Shown piece after piece: positions 37,330 to 50,833 of a stretch of DNA of 64,000 nucleotides. A program made the position numbers and the translations under genes. The stretch spans positions 10,974,001 to 11,038,000 of the forward strand of contig NC_073402.1 of the NCBI RefSeq assembly GCF_028641065.1. Reading direction: 5' to 3'. Source of the DNA: Leucoraja erinacea. Lineage: Eukaryota. The notes beneath the pieces were generated by a model. The model saw only the letters and a program-made list of their open reading frames with translations. It had not been told where the DNA came from and did no database searches. Positions within the stretch are counted from its first letter, which is position 1. Every line of letters begins with the position of its first letter.

Positions 37330-37880
37330 TCTTCCATTCATTTGTCCTTAGTACCGTCTATATCTCTTGTTCCTCTTTCCCCTGACTCAGTCTGAAGAAG
37401 GGTCTCGACCCGAAATGTCATCTATTCCACTCTATGATCATTGCTTTCATCCGTCTGAGAGAGAGAGAGATGCAAGAAAGCAGCTATGGCATATATAGCC
37501 CTTGGATTAAGTAGCGCAGCATAAAGCTGTGAATTCACGCCATTCCCCTCCCATTCCCAATCTGATCTTTCTGTCCTGGGCCTCCTCCATTGTCAGAGTG
37601 AGGCCCAGCGCAAATTGGAGGAACACATATTTTGCTTGGGTAGCTTACACCTCAGCGGTATGAACATTGACTTCTCTAACTTCCAATAGCCTTTGCTTTC
37701 TCTCTCTCTCCATCACCTCCCCCTTCCCAGTTCTCCCACCCGTCTTACTGTCTCAGACTGCATTCTATCTCTGTCCCACTCATCACTGACATCAGTATAA
37801 AAAAGGTCTTGACCCGAAATGTCACCTATTCCTTCTCTCCAGAGATGCTGCCTGTTCCATTGAGTTATTCCAGCATTTTA
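37330..37880 (+). mobile_element. Penelope 3' fragments with hammerhead motifs
   Basis: CTGAAGAAGGGTCTCGACCCGAAATGTC at 37392-37419; GIY-YIG C-terminal remnant at 37545-37680; degenerate motif near 37797. Confidence 0.75.
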
Positions 37881-39180
37881 CATAGATACATAGAACATAG
37901 GTGCAGGAGTAGGCCATTCAGCCTTTCGAGCCATTCAATGTGATCATGGCTGATCATCCACAATCAGTACCCCATTCCTGCCTTCTCCCCATATTCCTTG
38001 ATTTCACTAGCCCTAAGATCTAACTTTCTTTTGAATGCATCCATTGAGTCGGCCTCCACTGCCTTCTGAGGCAGATAATTCCACAAATTCACAACACTAT
38101 GGGTGAAAAGGTTTTTCCTCATCTCAGTTCTAAATGGCCTACCCCATATTCTTAATGGCCCTTGGTTCTGGACTCCTCCAACATCGGGAACATGTTTCCT
38201 GCATCTAGTGTGTCCAATCCCTTAATAATTTTATGTTTCTATAAGATCCTTTCTCATCCTTCTAAATTCCAGTGCATACAAGCCCAGTCGTTCCATTCTT
38301 TCATCATGTGACATTTCTGCCATCCTGGGAATTAACCTCGTGAACCTACGTTGCACTTCGTCAATAGCAAGAATGTCCTTCCTCAAATTACGAGACCAAA
38401 ACGGCACACAATACTCCATTGTGGTCTCACCAGGGTCCTGTACAACTGCAGAAGGACCTATTTGCTCCTATACTTAAATCCTATCATTATGAAGGCCAAC
38501 ATACGATTAGTTTTCTTCACTGCCTGCTGTTTCTTGCATGCTTACTTTTAGTAACTGATGTACAAGTACACCCAGGTCTCGTTGCACTTCCCCTTTTCCT
38601 AATCTGACACCATACAGAAGAAGGGTCTCGACCCAAAATGTCGCCCATTCCTTTGCCCCAGAGATGCTGCCTGACCCGGTGAGTTACTCCAGCATTTTGT
38701 GTCTGCCTGCCATTCAGATGATAATCTGCCTCTTGTTCTTGCCACTAAAGAGGATAACCTCACATTTATCCACATTATACTGCATCTGCCATGCATCTTC
38801 CCACTCACCCAACCAATAAGTCACCCTGCATCCTCATCGCATCCTCTTCACCGTTCACACTGCCATCCAGCTTTGTGTCATCTGCAAATTTGCTAATGTT
38901 ACTTTTAATTCCTTCATCTAAATCATAATATATATTGTGAATAGCTGTGGTCCCAGCACCAAGCCTTGAGGCGCCCTCCTAGTCACTACCTGCCATTCTG
39001 AAAGGGAACCGTTAATTCCTACTCTTTGTTTCCTGTCTGCCAAACAATTTTCTATCCGTATCAATATCCTACCCCCAATACCATGTGGTCTGATTTTGCC
39101 CACTAATCACCCATGTGGGACCTTATCAAAGGCTTTCTGAAAGTCCAGGTACACTACATCCACCGGCTCTCCCTTATCCA
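37881..39180 (-). mobile_element. 5'-truncated CR1 containing a small Penelope-tail insert (about 38613-38709)
   Basis: Minus-strand EYCVPFWSRNLRKDI and GLVLGPQLFTIYI; CR1 3'UTR with CATAGA repeats at 37881. Confidence 0.88.
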
Positions 39181-40133
39181 TGTTGCTGTTTACCTGAACT
39201 TAGTTGTTAGGGATAACATTCATTTCTTTTCATTCATTTTTGAATGACAAATAATTTCAATTCAATTCAAAATGTTCAGGTCTATTACCAAGAAGATCTT
39301 GGAACATTTCATACTGTTTGTCAATGCTCTGCATAGTCTACTCTTCTGCCTCACTTTCCCAAAGTTTACATAAATTTAGAGCCTAGTTTTCTGACATCCT
39401 TCTCCCTCTTAACTAGTATATTGAATACATACATACAGAAAATGCAGCCAGGTTGCACCAGTGGAGAAGAAAACATGTTACATGTTGGTGACCTTGCGCC
39501 AGAACCCTCTAAACTTGCTGTTAAACCCAAGTGGAGCTTAGGTCCTGTATTAAAGTAGGACTAATGGACATTCATGCAATTTGAGATCCAGATCATCTCT
39601 GAAGAACCAAGTTGATCTACACCTGATTGGTCTTAGAAGGTAAGTCGCACATGTCCACTTGTTTATTATTCAACTTGATCTTCATTGGGTCTGGATGATT
39701 CAGGTGGACAATCCATAAAACATGAAAATAAAAATTTAAAGAGCCACAGATGCTGTAAATCTGAAATATAAACAAAACATACTGGAAACACTCCGCTGGG
39801 GTAGTCTGTATCTGGAGAAACGAATCCGGATTTTTGACCATCCTGCTGAATGTTTGTAACAATCTCTGTTTCTATTTCAGGTCAAATGTAACAAGTGCTC
39901 TGTGGATTAATCAAGATCAGGGTCATGCTAATGACTCCTAAAATGCTCAACACAATATTATTGTTACCCTTTGCTACAACATCTGCAGGGCATGCCAGCA
40001 ATTACTGGGAAATGCAAGAGTGTTCTCTGAAATGTAGGTGACGTAAGACAAAAGGTACCTATTTAGCTTGAGAAAGCCTAGATTAATAGGAAGAAATATT
40101 TACACAAATGATATAGTCAAAATAATGACTTAC

Positions 40134-40371
40134 TAGAGCTTGGACGCGCTAGGAGCTTGAATTCCATTTTAGTCTTGGCTTTACAAAATGTTGAGAGAGC
40201 ATTAACAGAGCAGACAGTAAATTTTTGGTAAAGACCATCCACCACTACACTGCTGTCTAGCAGCCTGGATGGTATCAGCCTTAATTCTGTTAATTGTTCT
40301 TTGAATGCTACTGCTTCTGATGCAGACAATGTGCAAATCTCATCCACAATGTCATCAGTGGTTAGGCCATG
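40134..40371 (-). pseudogene. Candidate host exon (HGLTTDDIVDEIC...ARPSS), separated from its acceptor by a Rex1 insertion
   Basis: About 79 open codons ending at GTAAGT. Acceptor TTGCTTTGCACAG|GTGCA lies at 41163-41180 on the far side of the LINE. Confidence 0.5.
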
Positions 40372-41162
40372 TATTGTATTGTATTGTATTTTTAATGACC
40401 ACACAGCCAGGCTGGTGGAATTTGTTATCAGTACAGCTTGATACAGGTTCCAACATTTCATCAACATTAAACATATAACATAGATATACATACAGACAGC
40501 CACATTACATAATACATAAAGGCCATGCTTATTCTTATTCCTCACCGTACAGAGTTTAAAATGTTAATTGCAGTGGGAATGAAACTGTTTTTGAAGCGGT
40601 TTGTTTTGGAGGCAATTGTCCTGTAACGCCTCCCAGAGGGCAGTAGCTGAAAGGCATAGTGTGCAGGGTGAGAAGGATCAGAGATGATCATGCAGGCTCT
40701 GTGTAGTGTCCGCTTGTGATAACGTGATTCAAGGGATGGTAGGGGTAAGCCAATAATTTTTGATGCTCTGTTGATGATGCGCTGCAATTTCTTCCGGGAG
40801 AGTGAGTCGAGACTGCCGAACCAGACTGTGATGGATGAAGTGAGGATGCTTTCGATGATGGCTGTACAGAACCGGAGCATGAGATGAGACCTTACTCTGA
40901 ACTTCCTGAGCTGTCGGAGATGGAAAAGTCTTTGCTGTGCTTTTCCATAGATGTGGTCTGCATTTGTCCTCCATTTGAGGTTGTTGCTGATGTGGGTTCC
41001 AAGGAGTTTGAATGTGCCAGTGATGGAGATGGATTCACCTTTAATGAGCACAGGAGTTTTGGGGGAAGGCTGGCGTCTTGGGTCGATGATGAGTTATTTT
41101 GTTTTTGATGAATTGAGTAAGAGATCATGGTCTGTGCACCAGGTCACTGCTTGGTTGACCTG
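40372..41162 (-). mobile_element. 5'-truncated Rex1/Babar LINE
   Basis: FKLLGTHISNNLKW, KAQQRLFHLRQLRK, IIESILTSSITVWFG, LLPSGRRYR, RFKNSFIPTAI; (CAATA)n tail. Confidence 0.9.
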
Positions 41163-41424
41163 TGCACCTGTGCAAAGCAATTTTCCTGTTGTTCTCATTC
41201 TTGCAGTTGTGTTCTAATTGATGCAAAGTGTCCACTAGTGCACCCATGACTGGGAGCAATTGTTTTGTGCAGAAACTTTGACATCAGGACAAAGATATTT
41301 GGCACCTTATACACCACTCTACAGACAAGCAAATTTAAAAAATTCTACAAAGTACTAAATACTTGTAGATATATAACAAGAGTCAATAGAAATGAGCAAC
41401 TAATCCTAAGTAATTGATGATCCT

Positions 41425-41829
41425 TTTATACTGGTGGGTGAGTTTTTCTGTACTGCATTTCAGTAATGGCATACTGAGAGTATTGCCTGGAGCCTAAAGC
41501 TTCACAATGGCAGTGTTATAAGCTGATTGACATCACGATCTGCCACTGCCTTTCTCTGGAGGGTAACAGGTATACACACATGAATGCTTTCATCAATATG
41601 GCATCAAGCATGACCTGCAGTGTGTGTGTATTGGAAGTCACTTTAAATTGAATTTGGCTCCAAAATATTGTGCACCATGAAACTTTTTTACCAAATTCTT
41701 TAAACTCTCCTAAAATGTCCACAACGTGTTCTAAATTATGTATCACTCTTTTACATTCACTGCATTTGCAATGAATCCCAAGAACTTCAGTGAGTTTTCT
41801 TTCTTGCAGCAGTATTTTATATCAATGAA
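41425..41829 (-). pseudogene. Candidate decayed host exon
   Basis: Acceptor CTCTCTTAAGCTTTTAG; about 100 open codons (YKILLQERK...MSISL), one stop, then about 29 more; donor not identified. Confidence 0.35.
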
Positions 41830-42492
41830 CTAAAAGCTTAAGAGAGATAGATTCCATAAACTTTAATTTTGATGATGTTGTTAATAATTACAGGATAGGC
41901 TTTACTGCATTTACATGTCACATTCTTACCACTTATTCTATTGGCCCAGAGTAAATTAAAGATGCCGTTTCAGTGTTTAATATTTTTGTCAGCAGCTGAT
42001 GCTTGAGGTGAATTATGGGCATGGAATTTCTACCACTGATGAGTTTAATCCACAGAGATGGTGCAGCATAATGTCGGGAAGTAGAAAGAGCAGACTTTAG
42101 ATGGATGCAATTGATTATGTATGTAAGAAATGTTTATTCCGTTGCAGTAGGGGTAACTAAAGGCAGGTTCTGCCTGGATATACTAATGGGTGCTGAGTTT
42201 CCAGGATGTGAACACATGGCAGATGGCCAAACATTGGAAACTGTTCCAATGTTCTGACTTCTAATTTAATCTTTCAGATTTGGAAATTCATGGACCTAAA
42301 ACATTGAATCTGATTTACATCAAGAGGAGGCCAATCAATCCTTCGATGTTTCATCATTCAATAAGATCATGACTTTTTTTACTTTTGTACATTCCCTGCA
42401 TTATCCCGAACCCCTTTAATATTACACTTCAAAAATTCAAGAGAAGGTGTAAACAGAAATCTATATGCACTATGTACACAATGTTTAGATAC

Positions 42493-42553
42493 CTGTACAT
42501 GTGTCTCATCTGCTGGTGAAATGGGACTGGTGAAATCTACTCCTACCTGGGTT
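42493..42553 (-). other. Candidate 61-nt host exon (TQVGVDFTSPISPADETHVQ)
   Basis: Acceptor TTGCCTTTGCATTTCAG; donor CAG|GTATCT; a single open frame. Confidence 0.4.
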
Positions 42554-42739
42554 CTGAAATGCAAAGGCAAATTATCAAGTAAATCTCAGACTCATGAGGA
42601 GAAGTAGAATAATAAAGGTGAAATCATTAAATATGGGTTAGTTTTCTCAAACAGCATTTACTTGTAAATTGTTGGAAACTCCCCAGAGAAATGTTAGACT
42701 CAAACTATTGAATGTAAACAGTAACTGGGTTTTCACCCC

Positions 42740-45700
42740 TGTTATGCGCTCCCTCTGCTGGTGTTAATTTTGTACTAACCTGTTTCTCTGATTTCCACTA
42801 GTACCTCTTGCTGCCTGGTTGCTCCTGTACCTGATTCGAGGCTCCTGGCCCAAACTGCATCATGTGAGCTTGATGACGAGCCCCAGCTTTAAGAGAGCTG
42901 TGCACTGGCAGCCGAGGCCTCTCTATCGTCCCCCTCAGACTGGTGGCAGCTGTCTGGTGTTGTTTTGGGTTGTTTGATTAATTGCATCGTTTTCTTCATG
43001 TAATTCTTCATTCTGTATTAACTTATTTTGCTTGGGAAGAATGGGCTGGCATTATTGTTTCCGTGGTTTTGTTTCAGGTTTATTTTCACACTGAGGCAGG
43101 TTTAGAGTCTCTGGTCTGACGGCCCATTGAGTGGTTGGCAAGAGCACCCTTCATCTTTTGTTTGCCAGCCCATCCGACCCCTCTTTGTTTGTTTGATTCA
43201 GGTTTAGTTCTTTTTTTGTTAGTGAAAAATAAATAATTTTTGCATTTGAACCTGGTTTTGTATTATGTTATTGGCCTTTGAGGTATTTGATTTTGGTGGC
43301 CGTAACATAATTATGGGGGCTCATTCAAACTTTTGAGTAAACCCTAGACGTTTTGTGTACTTTGATAGGCTTCTTGTGGCAGGGGTAGTCTGTTTGTGTA
43401 ATCATTTTTTCTGCTTTGTGGTTCTAGTAACCTGTTGTTTTGGCTATTTTGGTAGCATTTGTGAGCAGGAAAATGGTTTTGGTTTGGTACTCCATTTTGG
43501 TGGCTATGTGTTTAATGTTTACTCCTGTTTGTCATATGGTATAAGTGATTTTCCTTAAAAATGGAATTTAAGATGGAAGAGTTTGTTGAGGCTCCTAGCC
43601 TAGAGATGTTTCATCGATGTACTAAGGAAAATGTAGTGTTGCTTGCAGATAAATATGGCGTTTCTGTTAATAAACAAGCAAACAAACAGTCAATTAAGAA
43701 TGTTGTTATGGACTGCTTTGGTTGACAAAGAGGTGTTGCCTAGTAGTCCTGACAGTCATAAATCTCCTATACAGCCAGTTCAGAACATGGAGGCCGTCAT
43801 TAAACTGAAGGAGATGGAGCTTGAGTCACAGAGAATGGCCTTAAAAGAGAAAGAGCTCATGCATGTTCTTGAAATGAAACGACTTGAGCTTGAGGAGGAT
43901 ACCAAAAGGGCTGAAATTCAGCTGCAGGAGAAACAATTAGATATTTCCCGGTTCTCTTCTAAAGAGCATGAGGTTGATGTGAGCAGAAATATTCGTTTGG
44001 TTCCACCGTTCAGTGAAAAAGATGTTGATAAATATTTCACTTTGTTTGAGCGTGTGGCTATATCACTGAAATGGCCTAAGGGCGTGTGGACATTGCTGTT
44101 GCAATGCGTCCTTGTTGGTAAAGCGCGTGAGGTATATTCGTCATTGTCTGTAGACAATAGCCTTGACTATGAAATTGTAAAATCTGCCGTCCTCAGAGCG
44201 TATGAGTTGGTTCCCGAAGCGTACCGCCAAAAATTCCGGCGTTTCAGAAAATATGATAACCAAACATATGTTGAATTTGCTCACGAAAAGGAGGCTCTGT
44301 TTGAACGCTGGTGTGCTTCTCAGGGTGTAAAAGATTTTGCCCATTTAAAGTCCTTGATGATAATGGAGGATTTTAAAAACTGTCTTCCTGAAAGAGTGAT
44401 AACATATCTTAATGAGCAGAAAGTCTCAGACGTGTCTAAGGCCGCTGTATTGGCGGATGAATATGTGCTCACTCATAAGGCAGTTTTTGGGGAGTGATCC
44501 TCTGGTTTTAGTGGGAGACCAGTTGATCGTGGTGGTGTTGCTGGTAACAATATGAAAACCTTTTCTGTGCCAGTTGACAGCAGCACTTCAAAGCAGTGGG
44601 AAGTCAAACCTGATAAAACTGACAGTGATTTGGGGGCTAAGGACAGTCCAATGTGTTTCTACTGTAAAGAGAGAGGGCACATTTGTAAAACGTGTCCCAT
44701 TCTTAAAAAGAAAAAAGTGAAGCCGGTGGCTTTGGTCAACACACAGAAGGCACATGCAATCCCTGTGGTTCCTGAGTGATGATTTGGTGGATTTTTCTCC
44801 TTTTGTCATGAGGGGTTTTGTGTCTATGGAGGATGGGGCCAGTAAAGTACCTGTGACAATCTTGTGTGGTACTGCTGCCTCTCAGTCCTTCATTTTGGAA
44901 GATGTGCTACCATTTTCAGCTGAATCATCTGTTGGTTCTAGTGTCCCAGTTGTAGGGTTTGGTATGGAGGGCATGGGAGTGCCATTATATACTGTTAACC
45001 CTGAGTCTGAGCTTGTTTCGGGTCGAGTAGCTGTGGGGATACGGCCACGTTTTCCCATAAAGGGAGTGTCGTTGATTCTGGGTAACGATTTGGCTGGGGG
45101 GAAAGTTTTGGTCACTCCTGAAGTGACGCCGGTTCCTATGTTGCAGTGTCCAGATAAACTTGCTGAGCAGCATCCAAAAGTTTTTGCATCATGTGCTGTC
45201 ACTCGCGCTATGGCTAGAAACCAAGCTACGTTTGATGATGAAATTGACTTGAGTGAGCAGGATGGTGGATCCTGTGTTGCGCAGAGTGTGTCTGCATCAC
45301 AAGTTGGTGAAATGTCTGAGACTAAACCGGTGTCGTTGTCACGTGACCAGTTGGTTGCTGAGCAGAGATGTGATGCTGATTTGTCTGCTTTGATTGACAG
45401 CGCAGTGTCAGAGGTGGAAGTGGATTCCTTGTCAAAGGGATATTTTCTGAGGGATAACTTGCTAATGCGTAAATGGTCTCCTTTGAATGCATCTGGTCAG
45501 GATGACTGGAGCGTTGTTAAGCAGATTGTAGTGCCACATAGGTATCGGAATGAAATACTTACTTTGGCTCATGATAATCCTCTTGCTGGCCATTTAGGAG
45601 TTAATAAAACATACAACCATATATTACGACATTTCTTTTGGCCTGGGTTAAAGAGGGATGTAGTGCAGCATTGCAAGTGTTGCCATGCATGCCAAGTAGC

Positions 45701-46100
45701 AGGTAAACCAAATCAGACTATCGTTCCAGCACCCTTGTATCCGATACCTGTAGTTGGTGAACCTTTTGAACGCATTATGATAGACTGTGTGGGTCCACTG
45801 CCTCGAACGAAAGCTGGCAACAAGTTTTTGTTAACCATAATGCGTGCGTCTACCCGTTTTCCAGAGGTGATTCTATTATGGAAGATAACTGCTCCTACTA
45901 TAGTGAAAGCTCTTACTAAGTTTTTTTCCTTGTTTGGTCTACCTAAGGTGATACAAAGTGACCAGGGATCAAACTTTATGTCTAAAGTATTTGCTCAAGT
46001 GTTGAAACAACTAGACATCAAACATTGTCATTCAAGCGCTTATCAACCTGAGAGCCAGGGCGCTCTCGAGCGTTTCCATCAGACATTAAAGTCTATTTAG
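42740..46100 (+). mobile_element. Gmr1-type Gypsy, 5' half (LTR, PBS, gag, PR, INT), truncated in integrase
   Basis: LTR TGTTA...TAACA 42740-43307; PBS TGGGGGCTC 43314; gag ATG 43561 (MEFKMEEFVEAPS); CFYCKERGHICKTC; integrase directly after PR; homologous to 13656-19606. Confidence 0.92.
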
Positions 46101-46229
46101 ACTTTCCCAGTTTCAACCGAAGGAACAACTAATTCAAATATTTTAATATAGCTTGTCCCTCTCACTTTAAACCTATGTCCTCTGGTTCTTGATTGTTCTA
46201 CAATAGGGAAAAAAAGCTCTAACTATCTC

Positions 46230-47130
46230 GCCAACTACAGGATATCCAGACTCTAAGTAACGCTTTTCTGAGTGACCCGGCCATGGTTATGCCATTGCAT
46301 GTTAAGAAAGGAGACTTCCAACTGTGCTTAATATACTGACTGTCATAGGGAAAGTCATCGTAAAGGTCTTTCTGAACTGCCTCTTCTTAGAGCCCCTAAC
46401 TCAGAGTGGAGAAATCGTCACCATCTAATAATCTGTAGAAATGTAGGGAGCATCGCCACTGACAAGACATGGCTGAAAAATCATTGATTCATTTAATCTG
46501 GAGGGACATTGTCAATAGAGGTCCATCTCCATCTTATGTTCCATAACACCATACTGTCCATGATACAAAACAATGGACTTACTGTACAAATGAGCTAATC
46601 TCAGTAATGAAGAGATTTGTTGTGTCATTGCTGTAACGAACTTCCCAATCATTCTCACCTCAAAGGTGCGCCTCATCCCGAGGACCTAATCTTTGGAACC
46701 ATTTGGGAACTGATTCAGCCAATGGCCATGATATTCTAAATTGAAGGTCACCTGAACCTCAGTTGTTGAGCTGCAGTAAACTTGTATTGAAACACACCAG
46801 GAGGCTGAGCTCCAAACCATCATTGACCTGTTGGCTGACACAGCTGAGAGGATGGATCATACATTTAACATCATAAGTTCTCCACCAATCTGCCCCCACT
46901 GCACTTCCCTTCTCTACACTAATAAGCTTCATGGTCAGACTCTGGAAAATGTGATCCACTTTCCATTGTGAACTTCGACTCCTTGCACCTAGAGGCCGTG
47001 CAAGGACACCAGAAGACACACCACTACCCAAATTGCCATCTGCCCACCTTATCAGACATCTTCTGTCTCATCTTTTGAAAGGTCTGTGGTTCCCACAGTC
47101 AGTTCATCAGCCACCTCAGAATCAACAGAG
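46230..47130 (+). mobile_element. Highly decayed RTE-like LINE fragment
   Basis: Degenerate KKGD..NC..Y..LTVIGKV..KV pattern; riddled with stops. Confidence 0.4.
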
Positions 47131-48884
47131 CTAGAGTAGAAACGAGTCATCCTTGATTACAAAAAGACTGTCTGAGAAGGACCCAAAAAAGAAGTATACT
47201 ATTTGATGAAGGGGCAGATCAGGAACATGAATGTGTGGCTCATAGATATGCCTGGAAAAGAGGGATTAATGCCATGGAATATAGACATCATAACAAAGGA
47301 TGTAAAGAAGATGTACAATTGGGACGAGTGTCTAGGGAGAAATCACATGCAGAGCTTTGAATAATAAATTGTGACTGGTAAGTCAGAGGGGACAGATTTG
47401 ATGGAAATAACATTAGCTAAAGATAAAATAAATCGTAGTTTAGAATAAAGGTCAAATCAAAGTAAGGATTATAGGTAAGTTGCCAAGAAACATACAAAGA
47501 AGATAACCATAAAGTGATGGTTAAAATTTCAGGGAATGGTATAATGAATAAAAGTAAGTGTTACAACGCAGTATCAGTGGCAAAACAAGGATCTTGGAGG
47601 TAATGTGTGAGAAGGAACTGCAGATGCTGGTTTAAACTGAAGGTAGACACAAAAAGCTGGAGTAACTCAGCGGGAGACAGCATCTCTGGAGAGAAGGAAT
47701 GGATGACATTTCGGGTCGAGACCCTTCTTCAAACTGGTTAGGGATAAGGGAAATAAGATGTAAACGGTGATATTGAGAGATACATAACATTGAATGAAAG
47801 ATATGCAAAAAAAGTCATTGAAAGCAGTTTGTAGGGGTGAAAATGAGAAGCTCCTGCGACTTGGGTGGGGGAGGGATAGAGAGGGAGGGAATGCTTCTAA
47901 TTTGCATTTAGCCTCACTCTGACAATGGAGGAGACCAAGGACAGAAAGGTCGGTGTAGGAATGGGAAGGAGAATTATAGTGTCCAGCAACTGGGAGATCA
48001 GGTTGGTTGATGCGGGCCGAGTGAAGGTGTTCCGCAAAAGAATCGCCCAGTCTGCATTTGGTCTCACCTATGTATAAGAGTTCACATCTTGAACAATGGA
48101 TACAGTAGATACGGTTGGAGGAGGTGCAAGTGAACCTCTGCCTAACCTGAAAGGACTGTCGGAGTCAATGGGAGGACATATAGCCACAGGTGTTGCACCT
48201 TCTGCAGTTGCTGGAGAAGATACCTGGGGTGGGGGTATTTGGGTGGGAAGGGATGAATTAACCAAGGAGTTGTAGAGGGACCAGTCTCTCCGAACGGTGG
48301 AAAGAGGTGGAGATGAGAAATGTGGCAAGTGGTAGGATCCCGTTGGAGGAAATTTCAGAGGATTATGTGTTGTAAGGGACGGCTGATGGGGTGGAAGGTA
48401 AGGACGAGGGGGACTCTGTCTCTGTTGTGACCAGGGGAAGGAGGAGCAAGGGCAGAGCTACGGGGTACCGAGGAGACACAAGTGGGGGCATCATCTATGA
48501 TGGGAGAGGAGAACCCTGTTCCCTAAAGAACTAGGACATCTCGGATGATCTAGTATGGTACATCTCATCTTGGGCGCAGATGTGGCATTGACGAAGGAAT
48601 TGGGAGTCTTTGTGGCTAGTGGTGGGATCCCGTTGGAGGTGGCAGAAATATCGGAGGATTATGTGTTGTATGTGATGGCTGTTGGGGTGGAAGGAAAGGA
48701 CTAAGGGAACTCCCTAACTATGTCAAAGATACCTCACATGCCATTTGTCTCTTTAATGACTTCCGCTTTCCGAGCCCCCACCCCCTCATCTTTACTATGA
48801 ACATTCAGTCACTCTACACCTCCATCCCCCACCAGGAAGGCCTTAAAGCCTTCTGTTTCTTCCTCGACCGCAGAACCATTCAAT

Positions 48885-49877
48885 TTTGTGGTGGCGCTGC
48901 GAGTCGGCTGCCCTGCCAGCAGCTTGTTCGTCATTTCTACTTTTTTTGTTTTTTTTAGTGCCCAAATGTATGTTTTAATGTCTTGGCGTGACTTTGTGGT
49001 GAGTAGGGGTAAGGGGTAACCGCTTTCGGTCGCCTCCTCCACGGAGAGGCAACTTTTTCCATGTCGCTTCCCTCGCGGCTTAACACCATGAATTGGTACG
49101 GCCTTTTCCGGAGTCGGGCCCAGAGTTTCAGCAGACGGCGCAGCGTGGACTTTTCATCGCAAAGCCTGGGACCCCTTGCTAAGGATCGCCAGAGAAGAGC
49201 TCCGACCGCCAGCCCGCGGCCGATAACATCCTGAAGCTACGGTCTGCGGAGCTTCTAGCCACGGGGGCGACATGAATTTACTATCTGGACCCTGGGTTCC
49301 CTCACCGGTGACAGCCAGAGAAGTGCTCCGACTGCCAGCCTGCGGCCTACAACATCCTGAAGCCACAGCCCTAGATGAGGTGTTCCGTACGTGGGCGGCG
49401 CGACTTTCGTCAGCAGCGGCATCTGCAGTCCGTCTGTATTTTTATTATTTTTGTCTCGTTTCTATGTAGTTTTTATTATTTTCTTTGTCGGGGTATGTGT
49501 GTGGGGGGGTGTGGGTGGGTGAAGCTGTGGTGGAGCGCTGCTGCGACCCGACCCCCGGAGATTCGGAGGCTACAACCGCGGGTCTGGTGGATGGCAACAC
49601 CGGAAGCCTAGTCCGGTCCCTAGTGGGAGACCGCTTTTCGGGGCTTCCGCAGCGACGACTTCTCCTGCCCGAGTTGCGGGGTTGAAGAGCACCTGGAGCG
49701 GGTAATTACCATCGCCCCGTGCGGCTTGGAATGGCTATGGGACTTTGTGAGCGCCCGCCAGGGCTCTAACACCAAGACCAACAAGTCTTTTTCGTTTTGT
49801 AATGTATGGCTGCAGAAACGACATTTCGTTTGGACCTCAACGGGGTCCAAATGACAATTAAATTGTATTGTATTGTA
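48885..49877 (+). mobile_element. GC-rich non-coding retroelement inside the Penelope composite
   Basis: Head homologous to 32054 (GGCGCTGC..., GCCTCCTCCA.GGAGAGG); internal ~120-bp duplication; tail ATTTCGTT...TGACAATTAAA(TTGTA)n. Confidence 0.75.
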
Positions 49878-50805
49878 GAACATCCTAGATGTCCTCATTC
49901 TTTAGGGAATGGGATTCCCCTCTCCCATCATAGATGAGGCCCCCACTCGTGTCTCCTCAGTACCCTGTAGCTCCGCCCTTGCTCCCCCTCCCCCTGGTCA
50001 CAACGGAGACAGAGTTCCCCTAGTCCTTATCTTCCACCTCATCAGCCATCACTTATAACACATAATCCTCTGAAATGTCCTGCAACGGGATCCCACCACT
50101 AGCCACATTTTCTCAACTCCACCCCTTTCCGCCTTCCGCAGAAACTGTTCCGTCCACAACTCCCTGGTTAACTCATCCCTTCTCACCCAAACCACCCCCT
50201 GCCAGGCACCTTCCCCTGCAACTGCAGCTAATGCAACAACTAACCCTCCTCCCTCGTCTCCGTCCAGGGACCCCGACAATCCTTTCAGGTTTGGCAGAGG
50301 TTCACATGCACCTCTTCCAACCTCATCTACTGTATCCGATGTTCAAGATGTGGACTCTGATACATTGGCGAGGCCAAACGCAGGCTGGCCGATTGTTTCA
50401 CGGAATACCTTCGCTCAGCTCATGTGAACCAACCTGATGTCCCAGTTGCTGGACACTTTAATTCTCCTTCCCATTCTGACGCAGACCCTTCTGGCCTTGG
50501 TGTCCTCCATTGTCAGTGTGAGGCTAAATGCAAATTGGAGGAACAGCATCTCATATTTCGCTTGGGCAGCTTAGAGCCCAGTGGTATGAACATTAATTTC
50601 TCTCACTTCAGGTCACAATGGCATTCCCTCTCTCCCTATCCCTCCCCCCGTCCAAGTAGCACTAGCTTCTCATTTTCACCCAACAAACAGCTTACAAAGG
50701 CCTGTTTCCTTTATCGCCGTTACTTTTTTGGAAATCTTTCATTCATTGTTCTTTATCTCACCACATCAACGTCTATATCTCTCGTTTCCCTTATCCCTAA
50801 CCAGT

Positions 50806-50833
50806 CTGAAGAAAGGTCTCGACCCGAAACGTC
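50806..50833 (+). ncRNA. Minimal type I hammerhead ribozyme motif (Penelope-associated), best-preserved core
   Basis: CTGAAGA, helix II (GGT CTCG ACC), GAAAC, GTC. Other copies at 30810, 34000, 37392, 38615, 47705 (-); degenerate ones near 37797, 55595, 57304, 58153. Confidence 0.7.

Noticed and set aside
39623-39690. Possible minus-strand exon PMKIKLNNKQVDMCDLPSKTNQ
   Set aside because: Weak donor (GTGTAG), poor acceptor, adjacent to a decayed Penelope tail.
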